A stretch of DNA of 64,000 nt from the human T2T-CHM13v2.0 reference genome, Homo sapiens, in assembly GCF_009914755.1 (NCBI RefSeq), contig NC_060935.1. One strand, written 5' to 3'. Made by a program: the position numbers and the translations under genes. Shown here piece by piece: positions 43,176-62,111 of the stretch (positions are counted from its first letter, which is position 1; every line of letters starts with the position of its first letter). Below the pieces are notes generated by a model. That model did no database searches. It saw only the letters and a program-made list of their open reading frames with translations, and was not told where the DNA came from.

Positions 43176-43575
43176 ATGAAGACAGTATTGTTTTTTGGAG
43201 ATGGGGTCTGTCTCTGTCACCCAGGCTACAGTACACCTCAACCTCCACCCTGTAAGCTCAAGCGATCCTCCCTCCTCAGCCTCCCAAGTAGGTGGGAACA
43301 CAGATGTGTGCCATCAAGCCCAACTAAGATTTTTCATATTTTCGGTAAAGGTGAGGTTTCACCACGTTGCCCAGGCTGGTCTTGAACTCCTGAGGTCAAG
43401 CAATCCCCCCCGTCTCGGCCTCTTCCCAAAGTGATTACAGGCGTGAGGCACTGCGTCTGGCCACGAAGACTTAATACTGTGAAGGTGGCAATACTACTCA
43501 AAGCAATTCAAAAGTTCAATGTAATCCCTATCAAAATTCCAATGGTCCTTTGTGTGTGCGTGTGGCTGGGGGTTG

Positions 43576-43636
43576 CGGGGAACTCTAGTGAAAACCAGAA
43601 AACCTGCTAGACAAATTCTAAAAGAGCTGCAATGCT
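43576..43636 (-). pseudogene. U7 snRNA pseudogene inserted in an L1
   Basis: Minus strand reads CAGCTCTTTTAGAATTTGTCTAGCAGGTTTTCTGGTTTTCACTAGAG, matching U7 including the Sm site AATTTGTCTAG. Confidence 0.88.
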
Positions 43637-44416
43637 TTGGCCTTTCTTGCAGAAACAGAAAAGCTGATCCTCAAATTCACACAGAATTTCAAAGGACCTG
43701 GAAGAACTAAAACAACATTGAAAAGAAGAACAAAGTTGGAGGACTCACACTTCTTATATCAAAACTTAGTATTAATCCAAAGCTACGGTTATCATAACAG
43801 TGTAGTACTGGCATAAGGACAGATATATAGACCAACAGAATAGAACTGAGAATCCAGAAATAAACTCGTATCTGTGGTCAACTGATTTTCAACCAGAGTG
43901 CCAACACCATTTGATGGGGGAAAAATCATGTCTTCAACAAATGGTATTGGTACAACTGGATATCCACAGCAGAAGAATCACACTGGACCCCTACCTCACA
44001 CAATACACAAAAATTCCTCAAAATGGATCAACAACCTAAATAAATAACTAAAACTATAAAATTCTTAGAACACAGAGATAAGTCTTCATGACCTTGGATT
44101 TGTCAATGGATTCTCAGCTATGACACCAAAAGCACAAGCAACAAAAGAAAAAAATAATAACACTTTTGAGCCAGGCATGGTGGTGTGTACCTGTAGTCCC
44201 AGCTACTTGGGACACTGAAGTGGGCTGATGTACTTTTCTGCATCAAAGGGCATTATCAAGAAAGTGAAAAGACAACCGGTATACAAATTCAAGAAATAAA
44301 CACATACATCAAGAAATCCAACAAGAAATATACAGTGCTGGCCGGGCACGGTGGCTCATGCCTGTAATCCGAGCACTCCGGGAGGCCAATGTGGATCACC
44401 TAAGGTCAGGAGTTCA

Positions 44417-44692
<276 letters not shown>

Positions 44693-45578
44693 TTAAATCA
44701 TTTATCTGGTAAGAGTCTAGCATCTGGATGATATAAAAAACTCTCTTTGAACTCCCTTTAAGTCAACAACCAAAAAACGAGACAACCCAATTCAAAAATG
44801 GACAAAGAACTTAAAAAGATATTTCTCCAAAGAAGATATATAAATAGTCAATAAGTTTATGAAGACACTTAACATTAGCCATAACATTAACATGGCCAAA
44901 TCAAAATCATGATGAGATGCCACTTCACACCCATTAGGATGACTGTTATCTAACAAAAACAAAAAATAACAAGTGTTTGATGAGAAAAGAGAAAAACTAG
45001 AACCCTTGTGTATTGCTGGTGGGAATATAAAACTTCCCCAGCAACCTTGGAAAACAGTCTGGCAGTTCCTCAAGAAGTTAAACATAGAATTACCATATGA
45101 GTCAACAATTCCTTCTAGGTATATACCCAAAAGAAGGGAAAACAGGTACTCAAATACAAGTATATGAAAATTCATAACAGAACTATTCATAATAACCAAA
45201 AGGTGTAAATAACTCAAATGTCCGTCAATGGAAGAATGGACAGGCAAAACATATCTATACATACAGTGGAATATTACTCAGTGATTAAAATGAAAAACTC
45301 ATAATGCTACAACTTGAACAAATCTCAAAAACATTACAATAAACGACAGATGCCACACATAATAGGTCACATATTGCATGATCCATTTACATGAAATCTC
45401 TCTAATACGTAAATCTAGAGACAGAAAGTAGATTGGTATTGCCAGGGGTGGAGGGCATGGGGGAATAGGGAGTGACTGCTTAATGGTTACAAAGTTTTCT
45501 TTCAGGGTAATGAAAATGTTTTAGAACTAGACGGAATTGGTGATTGCACAATATTGTGAATATATTAAATGTCACTGA

Positions 45579-45809
<231 letters not shown>

Positions 45810-46109
45810 TGAATTCCTGACCTCAGTGAGCCACCTCACCCAGCCCCACTTTAAAATAATTTTATGTTATATAAATTTTGCCTCAATTGAAAAAAAAAAA
45901 ATCACCTGGGTGCAGTGGCACACACCTGTAGTTCCAGCTCTGCAGCAGGCTGAGGCAGAATGATCACTTGTGCCCAGGATTTTCAAACAGTAGTACACCA
46001 CGATCATGCCTGTGAATAGCCACTGCACTCCAGCCTGAGCAACATAGCTAGACCCCAACTCTATGAAAAAACAAATGAATAAGGAAACCTGTATACACAT
46101 CCCCACACA

Positions 46110-46190
46110 AAAGGAAAGAAGGAAGGGGGGAGGGAGGGAGGGAGGAAGGGAGGGAGGAAGAAAGGGAGGAAGGGAGGGAGGGAGGGGACA
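46110..46190. repeat. Polypurine (GGAA/GGGA)n low-complexity tract
   Basis: ggaaagaaggaaggggggagggagggagggaggaagggagggagg... Confidence 0.85.
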
Positions 46191-46966
46191 CAAGAAAGTA
46201 CTAACTTGGGCAAGAAGATTGAAAAAGAAAATGTTGTTTAGAAAATCTTCTTAGGGTTAAAGTGCCTACCAGCCATCATGTAGCATGCAGCTGGTACTTA
46301 CTGAGGCAGATCTTTAGTTTGGTTTTGTGTGTCTGATATTTTGACCCCTGTTTTACGTAGAAAGCCTAGACGCTGGAAATAGTGCCATGCAGCCCAGACT
46401 CCAGCACACATCAGCCTCCTGGCAAATCTCAATCTTCCTCAGCATCAGTTTCCAGAATGGAAAATGAAGTACACCAAAAGCTTTGACAGCCCTGTATGAC
46501 TATCAAAGGAAGTACTGCAAATAAATTGTTAGCAAAATGAAGAAATGCAATAGAAATGAAAAATACTGGGACTTGCCTGTTCAACTAAACTCCTCTAGAG
46601 TTTACAGTAAAAATACTGATATCCTGTGTTATAGTTTTGGTTTTATCACTTACTTGCTGTGTCACTTTGCAAATTCTACTTCCTGCTCATACTAAATTTT
46701 ATTTCATAGAGTGCCTATGAGGGTTCAATGAAAAGTTATTAAAATTATTAAAGTGCTACATAGTCAAGTGGTAAGTCAGAAACTTTGGTTTTAGAAAGGC
46801 TTGTACTAAAGTCGGAGAAATGTTATGCTTCAAGTCAGAATGGCTTGAAGTCACAGCTCTGCTACTTATAATTCAATCATGGTCATAAGCTGCATTTCTC
46901 ATCTGTAAGATAGAAGCAAACAGACTTCAGTTTAAAATCTCATACGAATAAAGAAAAAAAGAGATA

Positions 46967-48852
<1,886 letters not shown>

Positions 48853-49304
48853 GCAAAGTAGGCTGCTGAGCAGATTCTGATTACATAAAACCACTCACTG
48901 CCTTTCAACCTAACCTGCTGCTGCCTAGTCAGTCCCTCTGCAGGCCTCTGAACAATCAGCCATTTGCTGGAGCCCAGACTGGTCCACACGGCCATCTCAT
49001 TATTTGGCTTTTGCAGAAGCTGTTATTGCCACCTTAAGCTCTGTAGCAGAATCTGGGAACCAACCTTCCTCAATCTCCTGTCAGCTAAGAGTTAGTCTTG
49101 CTCAAGTCTGTCTTTTCCAAGTTTTGTATATTGAGTCTGAATACATTGTCACTGGAAAAATGTTTTAGAAATGAAACAGGTGGGGTTAGAAACTTTGTTC
49201 CAAAAGCAAACAAGAGGAGGAAGGTGGAGACAACAGCTGGACTGGGCAATAGACACTTTTGTTGTTGTTATTTGGTTTCAAGATAGAGGACAAGTGCACG
49301 GTAA

Positions 49305-49632
49305 AATGGAAAATGCAAATTCAAAATGTAATATGCAAATGAATCACCCAAGAATCTTGTCAAAAGGCAGAAACTGATTGAATAGGTCTAGAGTGGGGGT
49401 ACAGGCAGTGGTATGCTGATTGGCAGTGTATGCTTGTTTCCTTGGTATAAATATTCCCACCTTGGCACAGTTATCAACACGAGGTCATTGAACACAGAGC
49501 TGGAAAGAGATGTACAAAATCAGCTGGAGAGGCAGAGCAAGCTGGCTCTAGCACACTCAACTTTCTGCATGTCTAAATCCTAGGGGATGTGAATGCTGCT
49601 GGTCTGTGGACCATAATGTGAGTAGCAAGGGA
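49305..49632. mobile_element. MER5A-like hAT MITE with a nested short DNA-transposon fragment
   Basis: gaatcacccaagaatcttgtcaaaaggcaga...gctgctggtctgtggaccata...gagtagcaagg, interrupted at about 49400-49558. Confidence 0.55.
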
Positions 49633-49715
49633 GAAGACAGTGAAGGTGTCTGGGGGTTAGACTAGGACTAAGGAGAAGGGACATAATAGAAAGAGAAGAG
49701 AGACATCATCTAGAT

Positions 49716-49932
49716 CAGAGTTTGTCAAGCTCAGCACTATTTTATACAATTTACACATAACTCTGTTTAGAGGGGCTTACTCCTGTACACTGCAGGATGT
49801 TTAGCAGCATTCCCGGCTTCTACGCACTACATTCCAGTAGCATCCTCCCTCCAGAGTCACAATCAAAGTCTCCAGACATTGCCAAATGCTTCCTAGATTA
49901 CAAAATCTCTCCCTAGTAAAAACCATTAATCT
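49716..49932. mobile_element. MER20 DNA transposon
   Basis: ctgcaggatgtttagcagcattcccggcttctac...gtctccagacattgccaaatg. Confidence 0.8.
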
Positions 49933-50572
49933 AGGTTTATCTCTAAGAAATGAAAGGGGGAAAAAGGAAGGGAACCTTTTCCACTGAAATAAGAGAAAAG
50001 AGATGAGATGGCGTAGGGAGAGGGGGACAAAACAGAAGGCAGGGAGCTCTTTTTAGACATCAGCGAGCTCAGTCAAGTAGAAAAGAAGATTATCTATTTA
50101 GAAAGACTGTAGGGAGGACTGGAAGTTTAAAACATTAGGAGAGTTCTAGAAAAGGCATTATAAGAGTAGTGGAAAGTCTGTGATCCAGGGCAATGGGCCC
50201 ATCAACTATGAGATAGGACCAGGGGCGCCTTGGGCTCTTGGGGTCAGAACTGCCTAGATACAATTCCAACTGTACCATATCCTCACTGGGTGACCTTGGA
50301 CGAATTACTTAACAAGTATAAGCCTTCTCATAGAAACTTCATGGAGTTGTGTAAGTACTGAGAGAATGCTATGTTAAGTTCTGAGCACCGAGTCTGGCAC
50401 ATAGTGCATGCTCAATTAGCATTAGCTATTACTATTACCAGCATTATTTTCCTTGTTAAGTACTTGCTTCATTTTACTATTGATTTAATTTCTTTGATGA
50501 AACAGAACACATGGAGAGATCTCGCCTGGTAAGATGCTATTTGCCAGTAAGTCTTAAAAATACTGTTTGCAG

Positions 50573-50824
50573 ACCGAGGCGGGCGGATCATGAGGTCAGG
50601 AGATCGAGACCATCCTGGCGAACACTGTGAAACCCCGTCTCTACTAAAAATACAGAAACATCAGCCGGGCGTGGTGGTGGGCACCTGTAGTCCCAGCTAC
50701 TCAGGAGGCTGAGGCTGGAGAATGGCATGAACCCGGGGGGCGGAGCTTGCAGTGAGCAGAGATCGCGCCACTGCACTTCAGCCTGGGCAACAGAGCGAGA
50801 CTCCGTCTCAAAAAAAAAAAAAAA
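50573..50824 (+). mobile_element. 5'-truncated AluY
   Basis: Perfect TSD aaaaatactgtttgca on both sides. Confidence 0.88.
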
Positions 50825-52186
50825 TACTGTTTGCATTTGGGGGCAGAGGGGCATGAGAGTTGTGGAACCAATCACTGACTTACTGATGTTTTAAAAATCA
50901 GTTAATGAGACAAAAGGAAACGAAAGGTCAATAAATCAAGAGAAAGCAAAAAGGGCATTAAATTTTCACTGAAACTGGCAGGTTTTTATAAGGCTTCAGC
51001 TGACATAAAGAATGTGTGATGTGAACCCTCAGTACAGCTGCCAAGAATGACAGGTTTATAAGAACCAAACTGACTTCAAGTTGTTTCTCCTGTAATAACA
51101 GTAAATTTTGCTGCTATCGAAGTCAAGAATTGATTAAAATACAGGAATCTGTCACTATGTAACCTCTTTAGATATTCGAATACCAGTTTGCAGTCTAGAG
51201 GATTTAGTGAAATCATAAAGTGTCTACTCTCAGATTCGAGTCCATACTGATAGCATATTTCAAGAGTACTACATATTTCTCGCACTAAAATTCTTGGGAG
51301 GCCATAAAGGGTTTTGTCTGTCCTGTGTACAACTGACCAATAAGGGAAGGGAAGCAGTCTAGGCTTTAAATAGCTTCTGAGTGTCAGGGAAGGATAGCTC
51401 TCCTCAACTAGAACAATGAAATATCCTTTAAGGGAAAGGTAGAATGCCTCAGAGAGTTCAAAATAAAAGAATCCATTCTAACATGAAACTTACCAAGATG
51501 AGGAAGAAGTTATTAAAATCTTTCCTGTAAGATCAAAAGGTACTTTTCCTGTAAGTTCCTTCAACCTATCCTGGTAACTTGAAGCATTTTATTAGCAAAA
51601 ATAAAAGGGGCAAACATTATCAAGCATTCCAAGCTTATCAGCTTTCCGTATAGGGCAAATCACTGGGAAGAACAGTAAATGTCATCACTCTGCAGGTGGC
51701 CAGGAATCGGAGTACTCCAGCCAGCCACAGCCACTGGAGTTCCAAGCCTTCCCAAAATAGCTATGACTTACATACAAATGCTCATCAAGTAGCTCACACA
51801 CAGTCTCAAACGGAGAATGCTGAAATAGGGTCACTACTCAAACTGCGGCAGAGGTAAATGAAGATGCCACTGATTAATAGGCACATGGTCTTAAATGACT
51901 GAGCCACGACAAATTTAAATATGACTTCTCTCTCCCTTAAAATAGTCTCTTCTCTAAATCAATATGATAGTCTCCAAACTAAAATTTTCCCATGTTTTTA
52001 AATCACTGTGCTAAAAACAAATAGAACTGACCTCTGAAGCCAGAGAAAAATCTTGACACATTTCAATAGGCACTTGTGAACATCTAACAATAATATTTCC
52101 ATTAGAAGTCAGTGCATGATACTTTCGTTTCGGAGCCCAGGACCTGGAAGTATCTTTTTCTACATGAGTTTTAAAAAGCGCATCCA

Positions 52187-52776
<590 letters not shown>

Positions 52777-53536
52777 GTGTCTCCATGCTAAATACTACTG
52801 GCCTTCCAGACAAAAGAGTAAAAAGGTATAAAAGGATTCTCACCTGAGGGTATCTGTCTGCCAGCTTTGTACGACAAATATAGTTTCTCATCTCCAAACT
52901 CGTATTTGAACAACTGGCACAGATTTCCCGTTTTCTCTTGAAAAAGTGCAGTACTTGAGGGGTGAGGAGGTGGTGTTAAGTTATAACATTCCGAAGTAAC
53001 ACTAGAAGACATGCTCAAATTGCCCTCTTCCCAAGTTTCTTCATACAGACATTAGCTTTTCTCTCAAACCAGGGTTCTTTCACTCTCACCAGATTCTTAG
53101 ATCAGAAGTCCTTATATTGATTTCAATCTTCTTAGACATTGGGAACAGGAGATCATCATCAGTAGACTTTCTATTCATCACGCAGCTCCTCCCCCTCCTT
53201 AAAAATCTAGAGCGATGAAGGCAATAATTGGGGAGGCTGCGCTGTTTTGTTTTTAAAGCCGGGTTGGGAGGGAGGGAAGTGGTGGTAACTGGGACCCCTG
53301 GTCTTATAGAAGACGGTGATTAATTCCGGACTTTAAGTGAGATAACTTCGGTCTGCTTTAACCTTTTAAAAACGCCGCCATAAAACTGATTTAAAAGTCA
53401 AAGCAAAACAAAACCAACCAACGCTGCCGCTTTCGGAAGTTTCTCACCCCGGACGGGGCCCAGGAGGGCTCACCTTACTGATCCCTGCGGCGGAGAACCC
53501 CACGTCCAGCCCTTTATATTTGGTTTTCCAAAATCT

Positions 53537-53546
53537 GGAAATCCCC
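53537..53546 (-). promoter_or_regulatory. NF-kB consensus site GGGGATTTCC
   Basis: Exact match to GGGRNYYYCC at the start of intron 1, inside the CpG island. Confidence 0.45.
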
Positions 53547-53771
53547 CTACAACTTCAGCTCGCCCACGGACGCGAAGATGCAGTCCTCAATCTCCGCGGC
53601 CCGAGCCCCGCAGAGCCCTTGGCCTTCTCACCCACGCTGGCGGGCGCACCCCCTGTCCCGCCCGGCCGGGGCGCCCTCCGCAGCCCGCAACCCGCAGCCC
53701 TGCAGGCCCCGCACGCTCCCCTCAGGGCCTGGAGCCCGCCCCCAGCTCCCGCTCGCCGCCGCGGAGCCCAC

Positions 53772-53828
53772 CGAGCCGTGGCCGTCTGCCGCGCCGGCCG
53801 CGTCGTCCTGCTGCAGCTCCGCAGTCAT
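53772..53828 (-). CDS. USP28: USP28 coding exon 1 (MTAELQQDDAAGAADGHGS)
   Basis: ATG at 53828-53826 in GCCATGA context; 57 nt; donor TCG|GTGGGC. Confidence 0.95.
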
Positions 53829-54065
53829 GGCCGAGGCGCCCAGCCGCGGGTCACCGGTCTCCCGCCGCAGCCGCCGCCGGCCCAGCCTCTCAGGACTAGG
53901 CCCCGCCCCCGCCCTCCACCCCGCTCCGTCCCGCCCCCGCCCGCAGCGCGCGCCGGAGGCTTGGCCCACATGCCCCGCCCCCGGCATGCGCGCGCACGCA
54001 AGGCGCGCGGCCCGGGGCCGAACAGTTCTGCGTGCTCCCGCGCACGCCCGGCTGACCAGACGTCG

Positions 54066-54075
54066 GTCACGTGAT
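54066..54075. promoter_or_regulatory. E-box GTCACGTGAT (USF/TFE/CLEAR-type flanks)
   Basis: CACGTG core at 54068-54073, about 240 bp upstream of the USP28 ATG; motif only, binding not shown. Confidence 0.6.
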
Positions 54076-55693
54076 CCCGGCCCCGCCTGTCGCTGTTGGT
54101 CAGCTTCACAGCCGGTGGAGGCTGCGGGCCGCGCTGCCAGTGTCCGGGAACTGGGTTTGCGAATCCTGGGAGCCGCGTTCCTGAGTCTTCTCCGCTCTCT
54201 GCCCTCAAAACCTCATTTGTAGGACTGACCTCCGGCTCCACCCTCCCCACGGGCGAGTTAAAACTGTTCCCCCGCCGTGGGAAACTGCCGAATGACCGTG
54301 GAATAAAGGATTTCCCATCAGGCTTTGTAGCCATTTCCAACTCCAATGACATGAAGAAGTGTTCACCATCTTTAAGGAGAGAAGGAGGATGAATGCAGTC
54401 GCTTGTCTAAAGCTAACCAAACGGACCAAAGCCTCCGTTCATGGGTGTCCCGCTTGGTGCCCTTAACCCTGATGCTCTTAACCTGGGCATGATAAGGAAA
54501 ATTGCAGTTTTTCCATTTTCGATTTTCAGAAGTTCAAACTAAAATTTTGTGTTACTTTGTTACGTTTGAGCCAGATATTTACGATTTCATGTTAAAAGAC
54601 CAGGTGCTCCTATTGAATTGTTTTTTGTTTGGTTGGTTTCGGTTTGTTTTTTTTTTTTTCTTTTTTTTTGAGACGGAGTCTCACTCTGTCCCCTCAAGCT
54701 GGAGTGCAGCCGCACGGTCTCGGCTCACTGCAACTTCCGCCTCCTGGGTTCAAGCGATTCTCCTGAGTAGCTGGGATTACAGGCACGCTGTACCACACCC
54801 AGGGTTTCACCATGTTGCCCAGGCTGGCCTCGAATTCCTGACCTCAGGTGATCCGCCCGTCTCGGCCTTCCATAATGCTGGGATTATAGGCGTGAGCCAC
54901 CGCGCCAGGCCTGAATTGTATTTTCAACAACTGTGTGGGAATTGTGATTACTGAACCATGTTTCACATTTAAGATACAAATGTGTTATGATGGCAAACCC
55001 ACTTGACAGGCTGCTGGGTGTCCCAAATCTGCGTAGAGGCTGAGTGTGGAAGCGCGTCTTTTAAGAGTAGCACCTACACCCTTGCCCTGGTCTGGTCTGA
55101 CTCTCAAGCTACACTTTTAAGTGTGAATTTAACATGGACGGTGGCCTTTCCTATACTCCTGGCATTGTTGTCGCTGGGATTGTTATGTTTCACCTGCAGG
55201 CCTCCCTAGTCTGCATGCGGGCGCAGTTTTTGACAAAAGGAAACAGGTACAGGTCAGGTGCAGCTCCCAGGAGAGGCCAGATTACTCTCTGAGGCCTGAA
55301 CTAGGACTCCTGCAACTTCCACCACCTGGAGATACAGGGATCCGCTTCCCCTGGCAGATTAACTGGCAGATTGGCATGGCTGCGGTGATACTAACTTGGA
55401 ATCTTCCACATTCAACAGGCTGACTGTGTTTGTGTCTGCGAGTAGTAGGACATTTTATGTATGTGGCTCTGCCATTTTTCCTTTCCTCATGAGTGACTGT
55501 GTTTATGGCCTCAACCTGGGTGTCACTGTAGAACAGGTTGATTTCAGGTTGATGCTGGTTTTCTTTTTTTTTTTTTTTTTTTTTTGAGACAGGGTCTCAC
55601 TCTGTCACCCAGACTGAAATACAGTAGTGAGATCATGGCTCACTGCAGCCTTGAATTCCTGGGCTCAAGCAGTCCAACTGCCTCAGCCTCTGA

Positions 55694-56023
<330 letters not shown>

Positions 56024-56031
56024 TAATCCTT

Positions 56032-56410
56032 TGTATTAGTCTGTTCTCACACTGCCATAAAGAATTACCTGAGCCTGGGTAAGTTATGAAGAAAAGAGGT
56101 TTGACTCAGGGGCATAACAGGAAGCAAGACTGGGAGGCCTCAGGAAACGTACAATCGTGGTGGAAGGCAAAGGGGAAGCAGGCATGTCTCACCATGGCAG
56201 AGTAGGAGAGATAGAACAAAAGAAGTGTCCCCCCCGACCCCCCGCGCACACACACACACACAAAGATCTCATAAGAACTCACTATCATGAGAAATGCATG
56301 GGGGAAATCCACCCCATAATCTAATCATGTCCCACCAGGTCCCTCCCCTGGCAAGTGGGAATACAATTCGACATGAGATTTGGGTGGGGACCCAGAGCCA
56401 AACCATATTA
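56032..56410 (-). mobile_element. MST-family MaLR solo LTR
   Basis: tgtattagtctgttctcacactgccataaag...gagatttgggtggggacccagagccaaaccatatta. Confidence 0.85.
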
Positions 56411-56919
56411 CCCTTATTCATTAAAATTTTCTTTTTTTTTTTTTTTTTTTTGAGACGGGGTATCGTTCTGTCGCCCAGGCTGGAGTGCAGTGGTGTGATC
56501 TCAGCTCCCTGAAACCTCTGCCTCCCGGGTTCAAGCAGCTCTCCTGCCTCAGACTCCCGAGGGACTACAGGCGCCTCAGACTCCCCTGGGACTAAGGCAC
56601 GCACCACCACGCCTGGCTAATTTTTAGTAGAGACAGGGTTTCACCATGTTGGCCAGGCTGGTCTCCAACTCTTAACCTTGTGATCCACCTGCCTCTGCCT
56701 CCCAAAGTGCTGGGATTACAGGCATGAGCCACCGTGCCCAACCTTCATTAAAATTTTCTTAAAAGACCAGCAGACCTAGGCCAATCACAGGTTCATGCCT
56801 GTAATCCCAGCAGTTTAGGAGGCTGAGGTGGGCAGATCACATGAGCTCAGGAGTTGGAGACTACCCTGGGCAATGTGGCAAAACTCCATCTATACAGGAA
56901 ATACCAAAAAAAAAAAAAA

Positions 56920-59166
<2,247 letters not shown>

Positions 59167-59715
59167 CTACTCCAGCCTGGGTGATGGAGTGACACCCTGT
59201 CTCAAAAAAAAAAAAGAAAAAGAAAGACCACCAGACCTCCTATACCCTTATCTCTGAAAGAGATGTGTACAGGCCCTTTGGTAAATGTAGGCCCTGAGTT
59301 TTGATTAAACCTCTTTCTGCTGGATGGTTCTAAACAGCGCTGCAGATCTAATAAATATAATTAATTTGGGGCTAGATGTGGTAAATCCTGTTAGCCTCCT
59401 TTAACTTCCACTCGGTGCTGGACATGGTAATCAGCTAGACACACCCTGTCCTACCACAGCATTTAATGAGCAAGTCTACATCAGTGCTTGGCCATCAGTT
59501 GGCAAGTCTCACAGTGATCAGATATCAAAAGTGGATATCACGGAACATGTGCTGTCACCACAGAAAATCCCATCTCATTCCTCTAACGGGCTTATACATG
59601 AAGGCTCTAGAATAATTCTATTATTAGTCAATAATCATTTCAAGAGTATCCAGGGGAGAAAATAATATTGATAAGAAGCAATAATAAATAATTGGTGTGT
59701 TTAAACAGGGAATAA

Positions 59716-60148
<433 letters not shown>

Positions 60149-60715
60149 TAATTTATATTATAAAATGATCTTGTTTGAATGATTGAATTCTTGTGTGGAT
60201 TGAGGAGCTAAGTGACAATGAAGGGAAAATGTTGGGAAAAGAATAGAGAAAAGAAGAAATAAAGAAACATGCACTTATGTTTCTTCTCTGCTTCACTCTT
60301 GTAAATGTTTTTTGCCAGTGGCTTCTGAGCAGCTGGGTTTGAAAGCCGCAGGCTATGGCTGATTGACAGGTGTGACTGGTCTTTAAGCTATGGATTCCTT
60401 TCCAGGAATGATTAGTCAGAAATGTCCTTAAGGGCCAGCTCCTCAGCAGCTAGGAAAATGGCCTTTGGAGGATAAAACACAGATATTTCAGTAATAACCC
60501 CTAGATTAAAAAGTTCACTTATTTAAGGTTAAATTACAGGTGTTAAGAAAATGTTTCAGAAAAGGATCTATGGTTGGTTGAAAAATAAATGGATTTCCAA
60601 CCTGCGTCAAATGTGTAATGTAGGCAATGTAGTGTGTGGAGAATTGAAATAGCTTTTGGTAAAGTTAATGAGTTCATTTTAGAAGTACAGTTAACTAGGC
60701 CGGCGTGGTGGCTCA

Positions 60716-61420
<705 letters not shown>

Positions 61421-61772
61421 TGGACTCTATTTGGCTTTGGTATTCAGAATATGAACTCTCCGTGGCTGACATATGTACTTCCAGCACCTTGAGGGGGCTG
61501 AGGTGGGAGGATCACTTGAGGCTAGGAGTTCCAGACCAGTCCAGGCAATATAGCAAGATGCCATCTCTACAAAACCTACAGAAATCAGCTGGGTATGGGT
61601 GGTGCACACCTATAGTCCCAACTACTCCAGAGGCTGACGCAGGAGGATCACTTGAGCCCGGAAATCAAGGCAGCAGTGAGCTATGATTATGCCACTGCAC
61701 TCCAGCCTGAGTGACAGGGTGAGACCCTGTCTCTAAAAAAGAAAATAATAATTTTATTGATCTGGTACTTAA

Positions 61773-62111
<339 letters not shown>

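Larger units (their letters stand above)
53400..54300. promoter_or_regulatory. USP28: CpG island / USP28 promoter
   Basis: Very GC- and CpG-rich against an AT-rich background; several GC boxes (CCCCGCCC near 53901, 53973, 54081), NRF1-like GCATGCGCGCGCA near 53984, E-box at 54068-54073; surrounds exon 1. Confidence 0.93.

Noticed and set aside
44792-45262. 156-aa hydrophobic ORF
   Set aside because: Antisense reading of an L1 3' region
53520-54392. Long overlapping ORFs (184, 214 and 175 aa) at the CpG island
   Set aside because: Low-complexity Pro/Arg/Ala/Gly products expected from stop-poor GC-rich DNA; only 53772-53828 is supported as coding
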